Of a stretch of DNA of 64,000 nt, positions 49,200 through 62,289 are shown one piece after another (the stretch's first letter is position 1; every line of letters starts with the position of its first letter). Where the stretch lies: NCBI GenBank assembly GCA_964016885.1, contig OZ024743.1, positions 65,472,001 to 65,536,000 of the forward strand. The letters run 5' to 3'. The notes under the pieces were generated by a model. It saw nothing but the letters and a program-made list of their open reading frames with translations. It was not told where the DNA came from and ran no database searches. The translations under genes and the position numbers were made by a program. This stretch comes from Eledone cirrhosa (lineage: Eukaryota).

Positions 49200-49319
49200 G
49201 GAAAATGTTTAAGCCCGACGGCAGAGATCAAACCGTTTCGACGGCTATTTCAGAAATAGCCGTCGAAACGGCCTGAGCTCTGCCGTCGGGGTTAAACATT
49301 TTCCTATTACCCACTCTAC
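49198..49319. repeat. Fold-back family copy 5
   Basis: Centre gacggctatttc-a-gaaatagccgtc. Confidence 0.85.
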
Positions 49320-49862
49320 ATTGATAGAAATATGCGTCCTTATTATACACAGAAATGACTCCTGCAGGACTATAACTGATTCTTTCGTATGAAATCATTA
49401 GGATATTTCTGATGATTCCATACGAATGAAACAGTTCTAGTCCCGTAGAAGTCATTTCTATATATAATAAAGATAAGCAACAAATGGAAGATATTATTCA
49501 ATAAATCATATCTAATTTTTTTCTTATATAATAAAGGAAATATTACTTTAAAGCTAAATATGTCACATGATTATTTCTTACCAGAGCTAAATTTAGAAAA
49601 GAAAAAAAATTTGCAAAGCCAACTATAAAATTTAATTTAATACATTCTATATTTAATTCTTTCCGTTATTTTCCTCTCTCCCTGTACGTACATCCGTTTC
49701 CGGACCAAATTGAGCATGACAGGATATACTCACTGGGTTCCTTCGAGCTGGAATGAAAACAGACTTCTACTGGGAAGAAATTATGTTTGATTCGTTAGTG
49801 TACCAGAAAAAATCCTTTAAGAAGACGCTTGTTAAAATCTGAACAGAGGTGTTTTGTATGTG

Positions 49863-49893
<31 letters not shown>

Positions 49894-49944
49894 TGTATGT
49901 ATGTATGTATGTATGTATGTATGTATGTATGTATGTATGTATGT

Positions 49945-50455
49945 ATGTTCTCTCTTTCTCTTAATTTCGAGTATATTTTTGACCGGCCACCTTCCTGGTG
50001 GCAAGGTTGTAAAAGAAAAGAAAATGTTAACCCTTGAATCGCAAGAATGTTTTGCAAATTTTTAAGGTGCCAGCTATCGCAGCCATTTGTAGACTATGAA
50101 TTAGGGAGCTGCGCTCTTTGTCCGCAAATACAAGTTCAGTTATACATTGGTCCAAGCGGGTTGGTATATAAACCGTAGCTCCAATAATGATGGGTATGAA
50201 GCTAAAGGTGTATCTTGGATACTGGATTTGTAAACTCCTCATCAAAGGTCCGTAGATGCCCTCCGTCTCCTGTATTTTTCTGACAACGTTTACATCAAGT
50301 GGGCAGCTGATCTCCACAACAGAACACGTTTTCAAGGTGTGGTCCCAAACAACAATATCAGGCCGGTTGTGCTTTAATTTGGTGGCAGTTTTTATTTTCA
50401 GGTTCCACCAGTATTCCTTAGTACCATCTGTCACAATATATTCTTCCTCGTTTGT
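49945..50455 (-). mobile_element. RLE-type (R4/Dong-like) LINE 3' fragment ending in (CATA)n
   Basis: ORF 50027..50434: YWWNLKIKT..HNRPDIVVWD..VEISCPLD..IPIIIGAT. Confidence 0.85.
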
Positions 50456-50536
50456 TTTTAATTATGTTTTCCGAAGTGCGTTCCAGATGGTTCTAGCTCT
50501 CCCATCGTGTCTAATGGGGAAGTAGTAGCGAGATGA

Positions 50537-51095
50537 CCCATGGTCGGGTCGTTGGCGACTAAACTGGCAACCCCACCAAGGTTTCTTGGTGAGGAGGGTG
50601 ACTTTGGACATCCTGCAGGACTAAAAACAAAACCTGTCAAAGGGCAAAGGAGCTCTTAAGAGTCAATGGCCATCCAAAATCACCGGGAGAGATGACCCCT
50701 TAGCCATTGTCAAGGCAGAATTCTAGGAGAAGGAAAACTATGATATAACACCTGCAACTCTGATGGTATCCAATGATGTTGACTTGTTCTTCTTTTTGGT
50801 AAATATCATCTTGGTTAAGAGAGTGGGACTGGCTTTGTGCAGTGCCTTTGCTCAATATAAAAGCTTCACGGCACAGGCATTGCTTTATATCTGGAGATCT
50901 CTCTGCACTTGTCATCACATGGTACCATGGGCCCAGCACTATGTGTCAATAATTATCACAGGTGTAGTGTTTGTACCAGAGTTTTCAGGTCGCTGGCTGG
51001 ACTAAAAAGTCACACTCGTTCAGCGCATTGGTAGGAGTTCTCCTACATGGATATAAAGTAGTGGCCGTACTCGAAAACGAGTTGGCAGCCACCAT
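50537..51095 (+). mobile_element. RTE-derived short element, subfamily B (slightly 5'-truncated)
   Basis: Near-identical to 16850-17405; encodes HRCSVCTRVFRSLAGLKSHTRSAH. Confidence 0.8.
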
Positions 51096-52019
51096 GTATG
51101 TATGTATGTATGTATGTATGTATGTATGTATGTATGTATGTATGTATGTATGTATGTATGTATGTATGTATGTATGTCGGGTCACTCTTGAGTGCTACTG
51201 GTAACATGTAACCCAGTACAATCTGTCGCAGGGTCGGGTCGTCGGCGACTAAACCGGCAACCCCACCAAGTTTACTTGGTGAGGAGGGTGATTTTGGACA
51301 CCCTGCAGGACAAAAAGCAAAACCTGACAAAGGGTGGAAGAACTGATAAGAGTCAACGGCCATCCAAAAGTGTGTAAATATGTATATACACATGTACATA
51401 TGTGTGTATATGTGTATGTGAATGGGTGTATGTGTATGTATATGCGCGGGGACATAGAAATAGTAGGGTAAAACATCCGATCGCGCGGTTAAACCAGTGT
51501 GAGTGAAAGACCCCTAGCCTTTGTCAGGGCATTCTTCTAGGAAAAGGTTCTCAACGGGGGCCATATGCACCCCCAGGGGTCGTTTCGGAAATCCAGGGGG
51601 GCGTTTGGGAGCAAGGGGAATTAGAGGGGCGTTTGGAGCTTTGGAGTGCACTGGAATGATATTTACTTTGGTAAGTTTTATAAGCCATATTTGTATGTCT
51701 TTGAAATAGCATTTGAATGAGCACGCAGACAGCATAACTATGGTCTGAACGCAGCTGTGAGCAGGTGTGCAGGCGTGTTTAGACATTAACCGGCAATTGA
51801 GATCCTAACAATGGAAAAACACACAGTCAACTGGGTCAAGGACACTTCAATCGCAGCCAGTTAGAATCTTGTCTTTCCTTCACCGATAACAATGTATTTC
51901 ATGTCTGAAATTATTGACTCAACCGTAACGAGTTAACACTATGTAGATCTATTTTATTTCCTATTGTATAAATAATATTACAAATAAAAAAAAAGAAAAA
52001 AAAACACAGAAGCGGGTAG

Positions 52020-52390
52020 CACACACATCCAACACATAATCAGATAATACACACATCTAGGACCACATACAACACATAAGCAGGTAATACACACATCTAG
52101 GACTACATGCAACACGTAAGGAGGTAGCACACACATCTAGGACCACATACAACACACAGGCAAGTAATACATACATTTAGGACCACATACAACACATAAG
52201 CAGGTGATACAAACATCTAGGACCACATAATCAGGTAATACAAACATCTAGGACCACATACAACACATATTCAGGTAATACATACATCTAGGACCACATG
52301 CAATACATAAGCAGGTAATACATACATCTATGACTACCTACAACACACAGGCAGGTAATACATACATCTAGGACCAAATACAACACACAT
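52020..52390. repeat. 40-bp minisatellite inside the hAT element (about 9 units)
   Basis: Unit cacatacaacacataagcaggtaatacacacatctaggac. Confidence 0.9.
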
Positions 52391-53487
52391 TGTATCATGT
52401 GCTACGGACGACGCTAGAGCAATGGTCGGCCAACATAAGGGTTTCGTCACTTCTGAAGAGAGAAAATCTATCTGTATTTGTTGTTCATTGTGTCATTCAT
52501 CGACAACACTTGGCTGTGAAGAAACTCAGCAAGCCACTGAGCGAGTCCTTGCAGGTGGCCCTTGATGTCATCAATTATATCAAACGGCATTCCCTCAATG
52601 AACGAATTTTCCGGCAACTGTGCCAAGATAATGACGAAGAATTCGTCAAGTTGCTCCTTCATAATGAAGTGAGGTGGCTTTCAAAGGGCAAGTGCCTTAC
52701 TCACTTCTTTGAACTGTTTGACTCTATCATTGAGTTTCTGCGAGGACGCAATACAGAACTGTACAAGAAAACCCTCGATGTGAAGCAAAACTGCGCCTAC
52801 CTAACCGACATCGTCGACAAATGCAATAGCGTCATTTTGGCTTTGCAGAAGATCACCTTGCTTAAATCAAGGAATGCTGTGAAAATATTCCTGGCCAAAT
52901 TGAATGTCATCGAAAGGAATCTTTGTTGACGGGAATTCTATAATTTTCCTAGTGTCGCCAATGTTCAAAACATTGTAAGCGATGACCAACTCCAAATTTA
53001 TACCGCTCACCTCCGTGCGCTACAAGACAACATGAGAGAACGGTTTGTCGACCTTTTGCCGATGGACATCCCAAACTGGGTAGCAGATCCCTTCACAGCT
53101 AACGTCGATGATTTGGACGTTATATTTCAGGAAGAATTCATTGAACTTCAAGCAGATGACATGATCAAAATTAGATTTCCCAAAATAGGTGAACCCCTTT
53201 TTTTGGATGCAAGAGGAAATTAAGCGTCGATTTCCACACCTACATGCAGAGGCTAAGAGATTTGCTCTGCCTTTTCCAAGCTCATACTTAGTCAAGAGGA
53301 GGTTTGGTGCTGTTTCCAGACTGCACAGTAAGGCTTGCAACCGCTACAATGTAATTACATGTGGAGATCTCCGGCTACATCTTACGAAAAATCCAGCCTG
53401 ACGTCAAAGAGTTAGCTAGACTCCATACAGTTCAATGGTCCCATTGAAATGAGGTCAAAGTTAAAGTAAGTTGATTTATCCGAAAAC

Positions 53488-53645
53488 TTAGATATGCTAT
53501 TGTTACAAAGCAAACAAACAATTTTTTTTATTTGTAGTTGCAGTCTGACTGGACTGGAAACTATCTAGATAGTTTCCAGTCCAGTCAGACTGCAACTACA
53601 AATAAAAAAAATTGTTAGTTTGCTTTGTAACAATAGCATATCTAA
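53488..53645. repeat. Spacer-less palindrome, 79-bp arms
   Basis: Centre ...ggaaactatct|agatagtttcc...; arms differ by about one base. Confidence 0.92.
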
Positions 53646-54387
53646 ATTCACTTACTCTTTTGTTGTATATATTTTACCATTTACTAATAAATATACCCTC
53701 CCGCGTGGTCATGAAAACCCTCTTCCATGGTCTCAAAGCTCACAAAGCAGAGGGGACATCAAGTTATATATCAACATTTATTCTGTCTCTTTCATTAAAG
53801 GGAAAATTGGAAAGCTTTGAAATGATATAATTGCCACTTTCTTCCAGATAAGAGCACTCTTTGGATAGACAGAGTTGCTCTTGTATAAATGTTCAAAATA
53901 GTTGGTATCGCCTGGTAGGAATATAACAAATTCAACTGGTCCTTATTCATAAAAAAGAACATTTATGTTCCTTTTTTTGAAATTTATATATTTCCTTTCA
54001 AGAAATGTATTTATACTCTCAGCTGCTTGCAATGGTATCTTTGGAATATCGTTAATCAATTTTTTAGTAATCTACATATCAAAATCAGTAGTATATTGAA
54101 AAATGGAAAAATAGGGTAGGGGGCGTTTCGTGATTTCGAGGGACAAAAGGGGGCGTTTGGCCTAAATGGGTTGAGAACCTGTGTTCTAGGAGAAGGCAAC
54201 TCAGGAAACTGGGACAACTCCGATATAAACATGCAGCTCAGTAGTTACCGATGATGTTGATCTTTTCTTCTTTTCGGGTTATAGCTACTGTCGCTCAAAG
54301 AGTGGGATTGGCTCAGTGCAAAGTCTTTCCTCACTTTAAAAAATATCTTCACGTACAGGCATTGAACGATAGAATTAATTAATAATT

Positions 54388-54564
54388 GTTTCTACTTTTG
54401 GCACAAGGCCAGCAATTACCCAGTGCATTACTGGTACTTTATTTTTATCGACCCCGTAAGGATGAAAAGCAAAGTTAACCTCGGCGGGATTTGAACTCAG
54501 AATGGCAAGGACCGTAACTCTATGCGTTAAAACATGGCGTCCAACCCTCTACCGATACTGCCAA
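54388..54564 (-). mobile_element. SINE copy with TSD of about 12 bp (taattaataatt)
   Basis: Duplication at 54376-54387 and 54565-54576; empty site near 16695. Confidence 0.85.
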
Positions 54565-54717
54565 TAATTAATAATTATTAATAATGATATATCGTGCAAT
54601 GGCCATACTCGATAATGAGGTGGCAGCCATCATCATGTATGTATGTATGTATGTATGTATGTATGTATGTATGTATGTATGTATGTATGTATGTATGTAT
54701 GTATGTATGTATGTGTG

Positions 54718-56528
54718 TATATCTTCTGGTTTTATAATTTCACAAAGTTTTACCAATAGAGAGAGAGTCGGTTTCTAACATAGACACAAGATTCTCTCAT
54801 TGGAATTTACACAACATCAACTAGGTAGATATGTATGTCTGCATGCATGTGTAGATATGGATGTTATTGTATGTGTGGATGTGGATGTTTTGAGTTGTAT
54901 GTGTGCATGTGTATATGCTTTGTATCTGTACATCTGTATATGCAGTTATTAGATGCAAAACTTTTGGAATGTTTTACATATTTTTACTGTTCCATTAATG
55001 GATTGTACTTGTAGTTTCCTAACTAGTTGTGTTCTTTCTGTTCCTGTGAAGCTTAGCTTCTCAAGATTTGTATTGAGGCAGTTACTAACATACCCCAGTG
55101 CCCCAATAATCACAGGCATAAATCTGAAGGTGTAATCAGGGTGGAGTATCTACAGATTTCTCATCAGTTCTGCATAAATATTCTCCTTTTTACTAATCTT
55201 TGATATTATATTGGCATCTGCTGGGCAGCTAATTTCCAGTACTTTGCATGTTTTCTTCTCCCTGTCCCATATCATAATATCTGGTCTGTTATGCCTGCAT
55301 TTTATTGGGGTTTTTACTGGAACATTCCACCAGTACTCTTTCATATTATGTACATGGATGTCTTCCACATTGTTGTAGCTTTTAATGTGTTTATTATCGG
55401 GACTATCTTTTTTACGAACTGCATTGTACAGTGTTTTGGCCACTACATCATGCCTCATAGGTAAATAGTACCGCGATGACATCTTTGGACAGCTGCTGAT
55501 GACATGGGTGATATCCTCGATGTTAGTTCTGCAGAGTCTGCACTTGTTATCACATTTAGGTGTTTTGCCTGCATCCCTATCTCTTTTGTGAATCAGGTAT
55601 TTCGTGTTAATCTCCTGTTCTGGATTGAAAAAGCGTATCCTTCAAGTGGGAGCCAATATAGCGGTTGTTGGTCCAAGATAGACTACTTTCCTTATCTATA
55701 TTACTCTCACTCTGGAGCTTCCTGGCAACATATCTATGCATGATTTTTTGCTGATAGGCATGCAGTCTTTCATCCATGGATTCACTGCGATACTGCTGAG
55801 TGACATCTCTGGGTGTGAGTTTTTGATTATCACACAGGGAATATCTCTCAAGGAGTTCCTTCCCAACTCTCATGATCTTATCTGTTTCATGCAGATAGAC
55901 TTGCTCGAGAAGCGGGCTCCTACGCTTCGAGGTTCGTAGATGTTGTCAGAGAGATATGATGCGACATTCAAATGTTGTCTGGACTGATGTTAGGCCTCTG
56001 CATCCCTGCTTACGTTTCAAGTAAAGGCGGTCTATGTCACTGTTGATGTGGAAGTTTCCGGTGTTGTTCAGTATTTTTCGAGTTCCAACATCAACTGCTC
56101 GGATTTCGTCTATCGTCCAATTGAGTATTCCAAACATTGGTGTTAGGACAGGCACAGCAAACACATTGTGAGCCACTGTTTTGTTTTGCGCAGAGAGTTC
56201 CGATGACCAGATCTTTCTTAATCGGGTGTAGTATTCCCTTGTTACGCGTTCTTTATTACAGATACCATTATAGGATATGTTCTCATCTATCCCCAGGTAT
56301 CTGTAGCAGTCCTCATCAGATATCGGTGAAACAGTTCGACCATTGATGACAATGTTGCTAGATTGGGTTGTTGTTTTTCCCAGCTTTACAGTCATGTATG
56401 AGCATTTATCTTGGCCAAACTCCATTCCTATATCCTTTGAGAACGGTGTAACCAGGTCAAGATTTTTCTTCATCCCATCCATGTTCTTGGCATAGAGTTT
56501 CAGATCGTCCACAAAGATGTTATGGGTT
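54718..56528 (-). mobile_element. RLE-type (R4/Dong-like) LINE, RT C-terminal half plus nuclease, flanked by (CATA)n
   Basis: FVDDLKLYA, IGMEFG.DKC, YRYLGI, DIDRLYL.R..G.RGL, CRLC...HV.S.C, RHDVVAK, HNRPDIMIWD. Confidence 0.92.
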
Positions 56529-56535
56529 AGGTTCG

Positions 56536-56567
<32 letters not shown>

Positions 56568-56628
56568 TGTATGTATGTATGTATGTATGTATGTATGTAT
56601 GTATGTATGTATGTATGTATGTATGTAT

Positions 56629-57196
56629 TATGGAGAGTTGGTTAAAGGAAAACGACCGCCACATAAACCAAAAAAAGAGGTATAAGGAATCCTTGAAAGC
56701 CTTTCTGAAAGACGCTAACATCTCTGCTGATACATGGGAGAATATTGCTGCTGATCGTAATAAATAGAGAAAGACTGTATATGAGGGAAAAGTTGCCTTT
56801 GAGGCATCTCCAATCGCATACGAGAAAGTAAAGCGGGATGTGAGGAAGGGCATTGCTGTTGCACTTCCAGACGGCGAGGGTCCTCCTATGGTGTTGACAT
56901 GCAGCGTATGCGCGAGACTCTGCCTAAGCAAAGCTGAACTCGAAAGTCATCTTCGCAGTCATAAAGTAAGACCAGTGGTTGACTACCAGGCTGCTGTTGG
57001 AGATGCTACTCATCATGCTTGCCAAACATGTGGTAGAGAATGTAAATCAGCAGGAGGGCTGAAGCGACATGCAAAAGTACACGAACTCCAACCACAGCCG
57101 ACTATTCTCAGTAAATATTTTGGTTGCCGACTCTGTGCAAGACATTTTAGATCATTGGCTGGGCTAAAAAGCCACATTCGATCGCAGCGCTGTTAG
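56629..57196 (+). mobile_element. RTE-clade LINE 3' coding fragment with three C-terminal C2H2 fingers; its 3' terminus is probably displaced to 58958-59000
   Basis: QKKRYKESLK..L....I....WE..AADR..(W>stop)R, then CSVC..H..H, CQTC..H..H, CRLC..H. Confidence 0.8.
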
Positions 57197-57468
57197 TTGC
57201 TATCGTGTGTGTGTGTGTGTGTAGATATGCTTATGTGTGTGCGTGTGTGTGTATATATATATATGTATATGTATATTATTATTGCTGTTGTCGTTATTAT
57301 TATTGTTGTTATTATTATTATTATTATTATTATTGTTATTAATGTATGTGTGTGTGTGTGAGTGTGTGTGTGTATATGTGTATGTATATGTATATATATA
57401 TATATATATATATTTCTTTTTTAAATTTTTCTTTTCTTTTTATTTATTTATTATTATTATTATTATTT

Positions 57469-58913
57469 TCTCGGGGTTTGGTTCGGACCAGACCTCCAGG
57501 TGGAAAAGAATTGGGACGAGGTAACGAGCAGAGTAGCCAGTCTCACCCAAAAATGGGCTGGGAGGAAGCTATCACTGAAAGGTCGCGCGGAGGTGGCGAA
57601 TGCGTACATCGCGTCCGTCATCTATTACTGCCTAACCGTCGTGCCTTGCCCCCGTCCGCGCCTCGTCAAGTTGGAACGGCTCCTCTTCAAATTCTTGTGG
57701 AGGGGACAAGTTCCGTTGGTGAGACGGTCCATCTGCTGCCAGCACCCTCTACGCGGAGGGCTGGGCATGCCGTGGCTAATGATGCGCAGACATGCGTTGA
57801 GGCTGCGACATCTCCAGATATTCTGCCTCAACGGTGAACAGGTGTGGTCGCCGTTTATCAGACGGACCTTTCCGCAGCTCATTTCTTTGACTGAGCTGCA
57901 GTCCTGGGTCAAGCTGAGACCGAGACTGGGTGACTGGCACCTGGAATGTTGCCAGGCACTCACTGCCCTCTACCAAGCGGGCAATGCGATCAGTGGAACT
58001 TCCACTCTCGAGTTTTATAGAGGATTAGTGGTGGGCAAGTGCGATGACGCACTCGGAGAAGCTTTGGGCCTCGACGAAGTCGAACTGACCAGTCTGTACC
58101 GGAGGACTTTTGAGCCGGGGACGATGGACAATTTCCAGAAATCCCTCGCTTGGCAGTGCTACCGGGGGGCACTGCCGGTTCGGGATAAACTCTACAGGCA
58201 CGGAAGTGCTGTCAGACGGACCTGCCCAAGATGCGCACAGAACGACGAAACCGTTCTGCACGCACTTGTCCAGTGTCCGTGCATTACTGACTTGTGGAGT
58301 TATGTCGAACAGCTACTGTCGCGTGTGGAACAAATCCAGTTATCGGCCGAGTCCATAGTGAAGATCGAGCCGCCACCTTCCTTAGGTCAGGAAGAGCAGG
58401 ACATTTTCCTCTGTCTGGTGGCAGTTGCGAAAGAGATTATATGGTGGACCAGGTTGAAAGGATTAAAGACAGACACTTTTCTCTTCGGCCAATCCCTCAT
58501 CAACTTCTTCAAGTTTCACCTGGAAAGGAGGGTGAGGGTGGAGAGAGAAGTGCTGCCCCCCAGTACATTTGCTAAAAGGTGGGTGAATGTGGCGAGAATG
58601 GCTCGTGTGAATGGGCCTACTCTAACCATGCGCCTATAGGCTGGCTAACTTGAGGAGAGGGGTGCTCTCCTGGGTGCCCTAGAAGCGCAGGGTGGTTCAG
58701 GATTGGTGGGGTACCCGAATCACCCCAGGGTCGTCCACCCCCTATCGGGGAATTTATTTTGTTATATTTTGCATAGTTTATTTTATATTTTATATTTTCA
58801 TTGTTAAATTAGTCTTGCCATTGTGCACTTTTACTCGACCTTATTGTAAACCCCCACTGTCCCTGTCTTTGTATTGTCCCCTACATGTCGGCCCTTGTGG
58901 CTAATAAATGAAA

Positions 58914-58915
<2 letters not shown>
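57469..58915 (+). mobile_element. 5'-truncated Tx1-clade LINE inserted in (TAT)n
   Basis: ORF 57500..58639 homologous to 454..2916; (TAT)n on both flanks. Confidence 0.95.
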
Positions 58916-58948
<33 letters not shown>

Positions 58949-59109
58949 TTTTTTTCTTTCTCGTGTAATGGCCATACTCGATAACGAGGGGGCACCCATC
59001 ATGTATGTATGTATGTATGTATGTATGTATGTATGTATGTATGTATGTATGTATGTATGTATGTATGTATGTATGTATGTATGTATGTACGTATGTATGT
59101 ACCTATGTT

Positions 59110-59541
59110 CTTGAATCTTGGATAAGGACCGAAAGAATACGATCGTGAATACCAGTGGCCGAAACGGAATTCCTCCGAAGGGTCTTTGGAGTAACGTTAC
59201 CTGATAGTCTGTAGCTCGGAGATCCGTGAGTCACCCCAAGTAGAGTCACTACTTTTCCGAATTGAAGTATAACAGCTCCGATATTATGGGCATGTGGTTA
59301 GAATGTCCCAGGAAAGAGTGGCTGGACAGATTTTAAGGACAAAACTAACTGGAAGGAGACCCAGGAGTAGTCCCCGAGCAAGATGGTTGGATAACATCCA
59401 TGAACGTGGCTGGTCTCGCTTGAGGACTCTGTATCCACGACTCTCTCAGAAATAAGTGGGCGAAGAAGAAGAAGAAGAAGAAGAAGAAGAAGAAGAAGAA
59501 GAAGAAGAAGAAGAAGAAGAAGAAGAAGAAGAAGAAGAAGA
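59110..59541 (+). mobile_element. RTE-clade LINE 3' fragment with (GAA)n tail
   Basis: QLRYYGHVVRMSQER...GRRPRS.PRARWLDNI; homologous to 30680-30925. Confidence 0.8.
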
Positions 59542-59669
59542 AAACGAAGACATGACTTTGTGTGTGATTTGTGGGAGTATTGGTTTCTATTTTTAACAGG
59601 TTGTACTACGGAGGTGAAGTATATTTTTAGTTCAAGTTCATCGTTAATGCTGACCTTTAAGATAAAAAC

Positions 59670-59835
59670 TTAGACAGCGAAATGGCAGAGTTGTTATAAC
59701 GTTAGGTAGAATGCTCTGCTGTATTTGCTTCGGCACTCTGCTCGCTTTGAGTTCATCAAACCTTGCTGAGATCAACTTTGTTTGTTATTCTTTTGAGGCC
59801 GACTAAAAGAAGTATCAGTCAAATACTGGATCAAT
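59670..59835 (+). mobile_element. Degenerate SINE copy
   Basis: gcgaaatggcagag...gagttca...gatcaactttg...atcagtcaaatactgg. Confidence 0.55.
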
Positions 59836-60374
59836 ACCCCCCCCCCCCTCTCTCTCTGTCACACACACACTCCGGGAAGAAATCGATAAGCTGTGTTCAG
59901 AACAGGAAAGAGATGGACTCTAACAGGTCTAAAATGCCTAAGACACGCCATAAGCCAGTTAGGCATTCCTACAATTTTATCAGGAGTTACGGGTCCATAC
60001 GCACTTACCACAAGAAAGTATTACACATTTGTGATCCGCCCGGGGGGAGGAGAACCCTGTGTAATTTTATTATTCAATGGCCATTTAAATACTTAAAGAG
60101 AACAAACATTCGGAGCTTCATGAAAAAAAAAAAAAAAAAAAAACCCTAAAGAACAGAACATCGATAAAGGAACCTTGAACTATGTTTAAAAAAATGTTAT
60201 CCATTAAAGATGATGACCTTTGTTTGATGGCGAAAGCTGCATATCTTAGCTTCGATCGGTTCAAGGGTAAACCACCAGGGTGACGTGGTCCAAATTGTTT
60301 TTGTCTTTGTAGTTAAAAATTAACTAAAAACAACGACAGACTATCAAGACATGCTTATCAGATATATATCGGAC

Positions 60375-61698
60375 AATACATACACACATACACATATACA
60401 CACACATAGACACACAAGCACATACAGATACATACACACATACAGATACATACACAGATACATACACACATAAAGATATATACATACAAACAGATACATA
60501 CACATACATAGACACACAAGCACATACATATACATACACACATACACATATACATACACACATACACATACATACACACATATACATACATAGACACACA
60601 AGCACATACAGATACATACACACATACAAATACATACACATACATAGACACACAAGCACATACAGATACATACACACATACAAATACATACACATACATA
60701 GACACACAAGCACATACAGATTCATACACACATACAGATACATACACAGATACATGCACACACACAGATACATACATACAAACAGATACATACACATACA
60801 TAAATACACAGACACATACATAGACACAGACATATACAGATACATACACACATACAGATACATACACACACATATATATATATACAGCATATATATATAC
60901 ACACACACATACATAAGCACATACATACAGATACATACACAGCATATATATACACACACAGCATATATACACACACATACATAAAGACATAGATACACCC
61001 ATACAGATATACATATGACATATATATACACATACATACATAAACACTGAGACACATATAGATACACACATACATAAACACATACACATACATAAACACA
61101 CACAGAGACATAAACACATACATAGACACAAACATATACATAGACATAAACACATACATAAACACATACATAGACATAAACACATACATAGACATAAACA
61201 CATATACATACATAAACACATACACAGACACAGACACATACATAAACGCATACACAGACATAAACACATACATAAATACAAACACATACATAAACACATA
61301 CATAACCACCTACATAAACACCTACATAAATACATGCACAGACATAAACACATACACAGACATAAACACATACATAAATACATACATAGACATAAACACA
61401 TACATAGACATAAACACATACATAAACACATACATAGACATAAACACATACATAAACACATACATAAACACATACATAGACATAAACACATACATAGACA
61501 TAAACACATACACAGACCTTTATGGATGAAAAAACGTAGTATCAAATATAAAAACATACACACCAGACTACACATACAGACACACATACCACATATACAC
61601 ACGCATACATAAATACAGTTACATACATTGACATAGACACACACATACACACAACATATATACACACAACACATATGCACAAACACACACACACATGT

Positions 61699-61747
<49 letters not shown>

Positions 61748-61985
61748 GAATGACATATACACACAACACAACACATATGCACACACACATGTACACACAC
61801 ACACACACACACGCGCGCGCGCATATATATATATCTATACACAGAATGACATATACACACAACATATATACACTCAACATATATACACACAACACATATA
61901 CATACAACACATATACACACAACACATATACACATAACACACACATACACACACAGATATATAAATACAGACTGACAAATACACA
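60375..61985. repeat. Complex CA/TA-based satellite with higher-order units
   Basis: Recurring cacatacagatacata and catacatagacataaaca units. Confidence 0.92.
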
Positions 61986-62289
61986 CCAGAGTCTGGTGTG
62001 TATTTATTGACAAGAAGGATTATGTTGAGAAGGCCAATCTGTTCTGGCCTCTGTCAGTGTCGGAAATAAACCATAAACATTCCACTACATATTTCCCTTC
62101 TCTCAATATCGACAACTCGTGTGAAGATTATGTAATGGTGTTACAATTCTCGCGGAGTTACCGTAGGATGACAGGCAAATTAAAACAGTGGCACGGTTTC
62201 AAGCCTGAACGTGTTTTTACGGACAAAGGAGAGAGCCTCTACATAGCTGATCAGTCTGCTGGAAATACCAGTCCTATAAATGGAAGGAC

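Larger units (their letters stand above)
51543..54183 (+). mobile_element. Buster-type hAT transposon, internally deleted, with both TIRs and an 8-bp TSD
   Basis: TIRs aaaggttctcaac / gttgagaacctgtg. TSD ttctagga at 51535-51542 and 54184-54191 (nnnTAnnn). Transposase remnant HCVIHRQHL, LLLHNEVRWLSKG, FPSSYLV..FGAV. Confidence 0.92.
51177..54635 (+). mobile_element. RTE-derived short element, subfamily A, interrupted by a hAT element and a SINE
   Basis: 51177-51542, 54184-54387 and 54565-54635 are colinear with 16185-16762. Confidence 0.8.

Noticed and set aside
52020-52390. CRISPR-like array (also 12730-13003)
   Set aside because: The 40-bp units are contiguous with no unique spacers, there are no cas genes, and the context is a eukaryotic transposon.
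56840-57196. Host C2H2 zinc-finger transcription factor exon
   Set aside because: In frame with RTE C-terminal motifs, no canonical linkers, and the last finger is shared with the short retroposon family.
60205-60260. Hammerhead-like ATGATGA...GAAA gct..agc TT
   Set aside because: The core is mutated, stem II is weak, and stem I does not pair.
60358-62013. 551-aa Cys/Met/Val-rich ORF and similar [12 protein letters not shown] ORFs throughout
   Set aside because: Stop-free frames of dinucleotide and tetranucleotide repeats; no coding signal.
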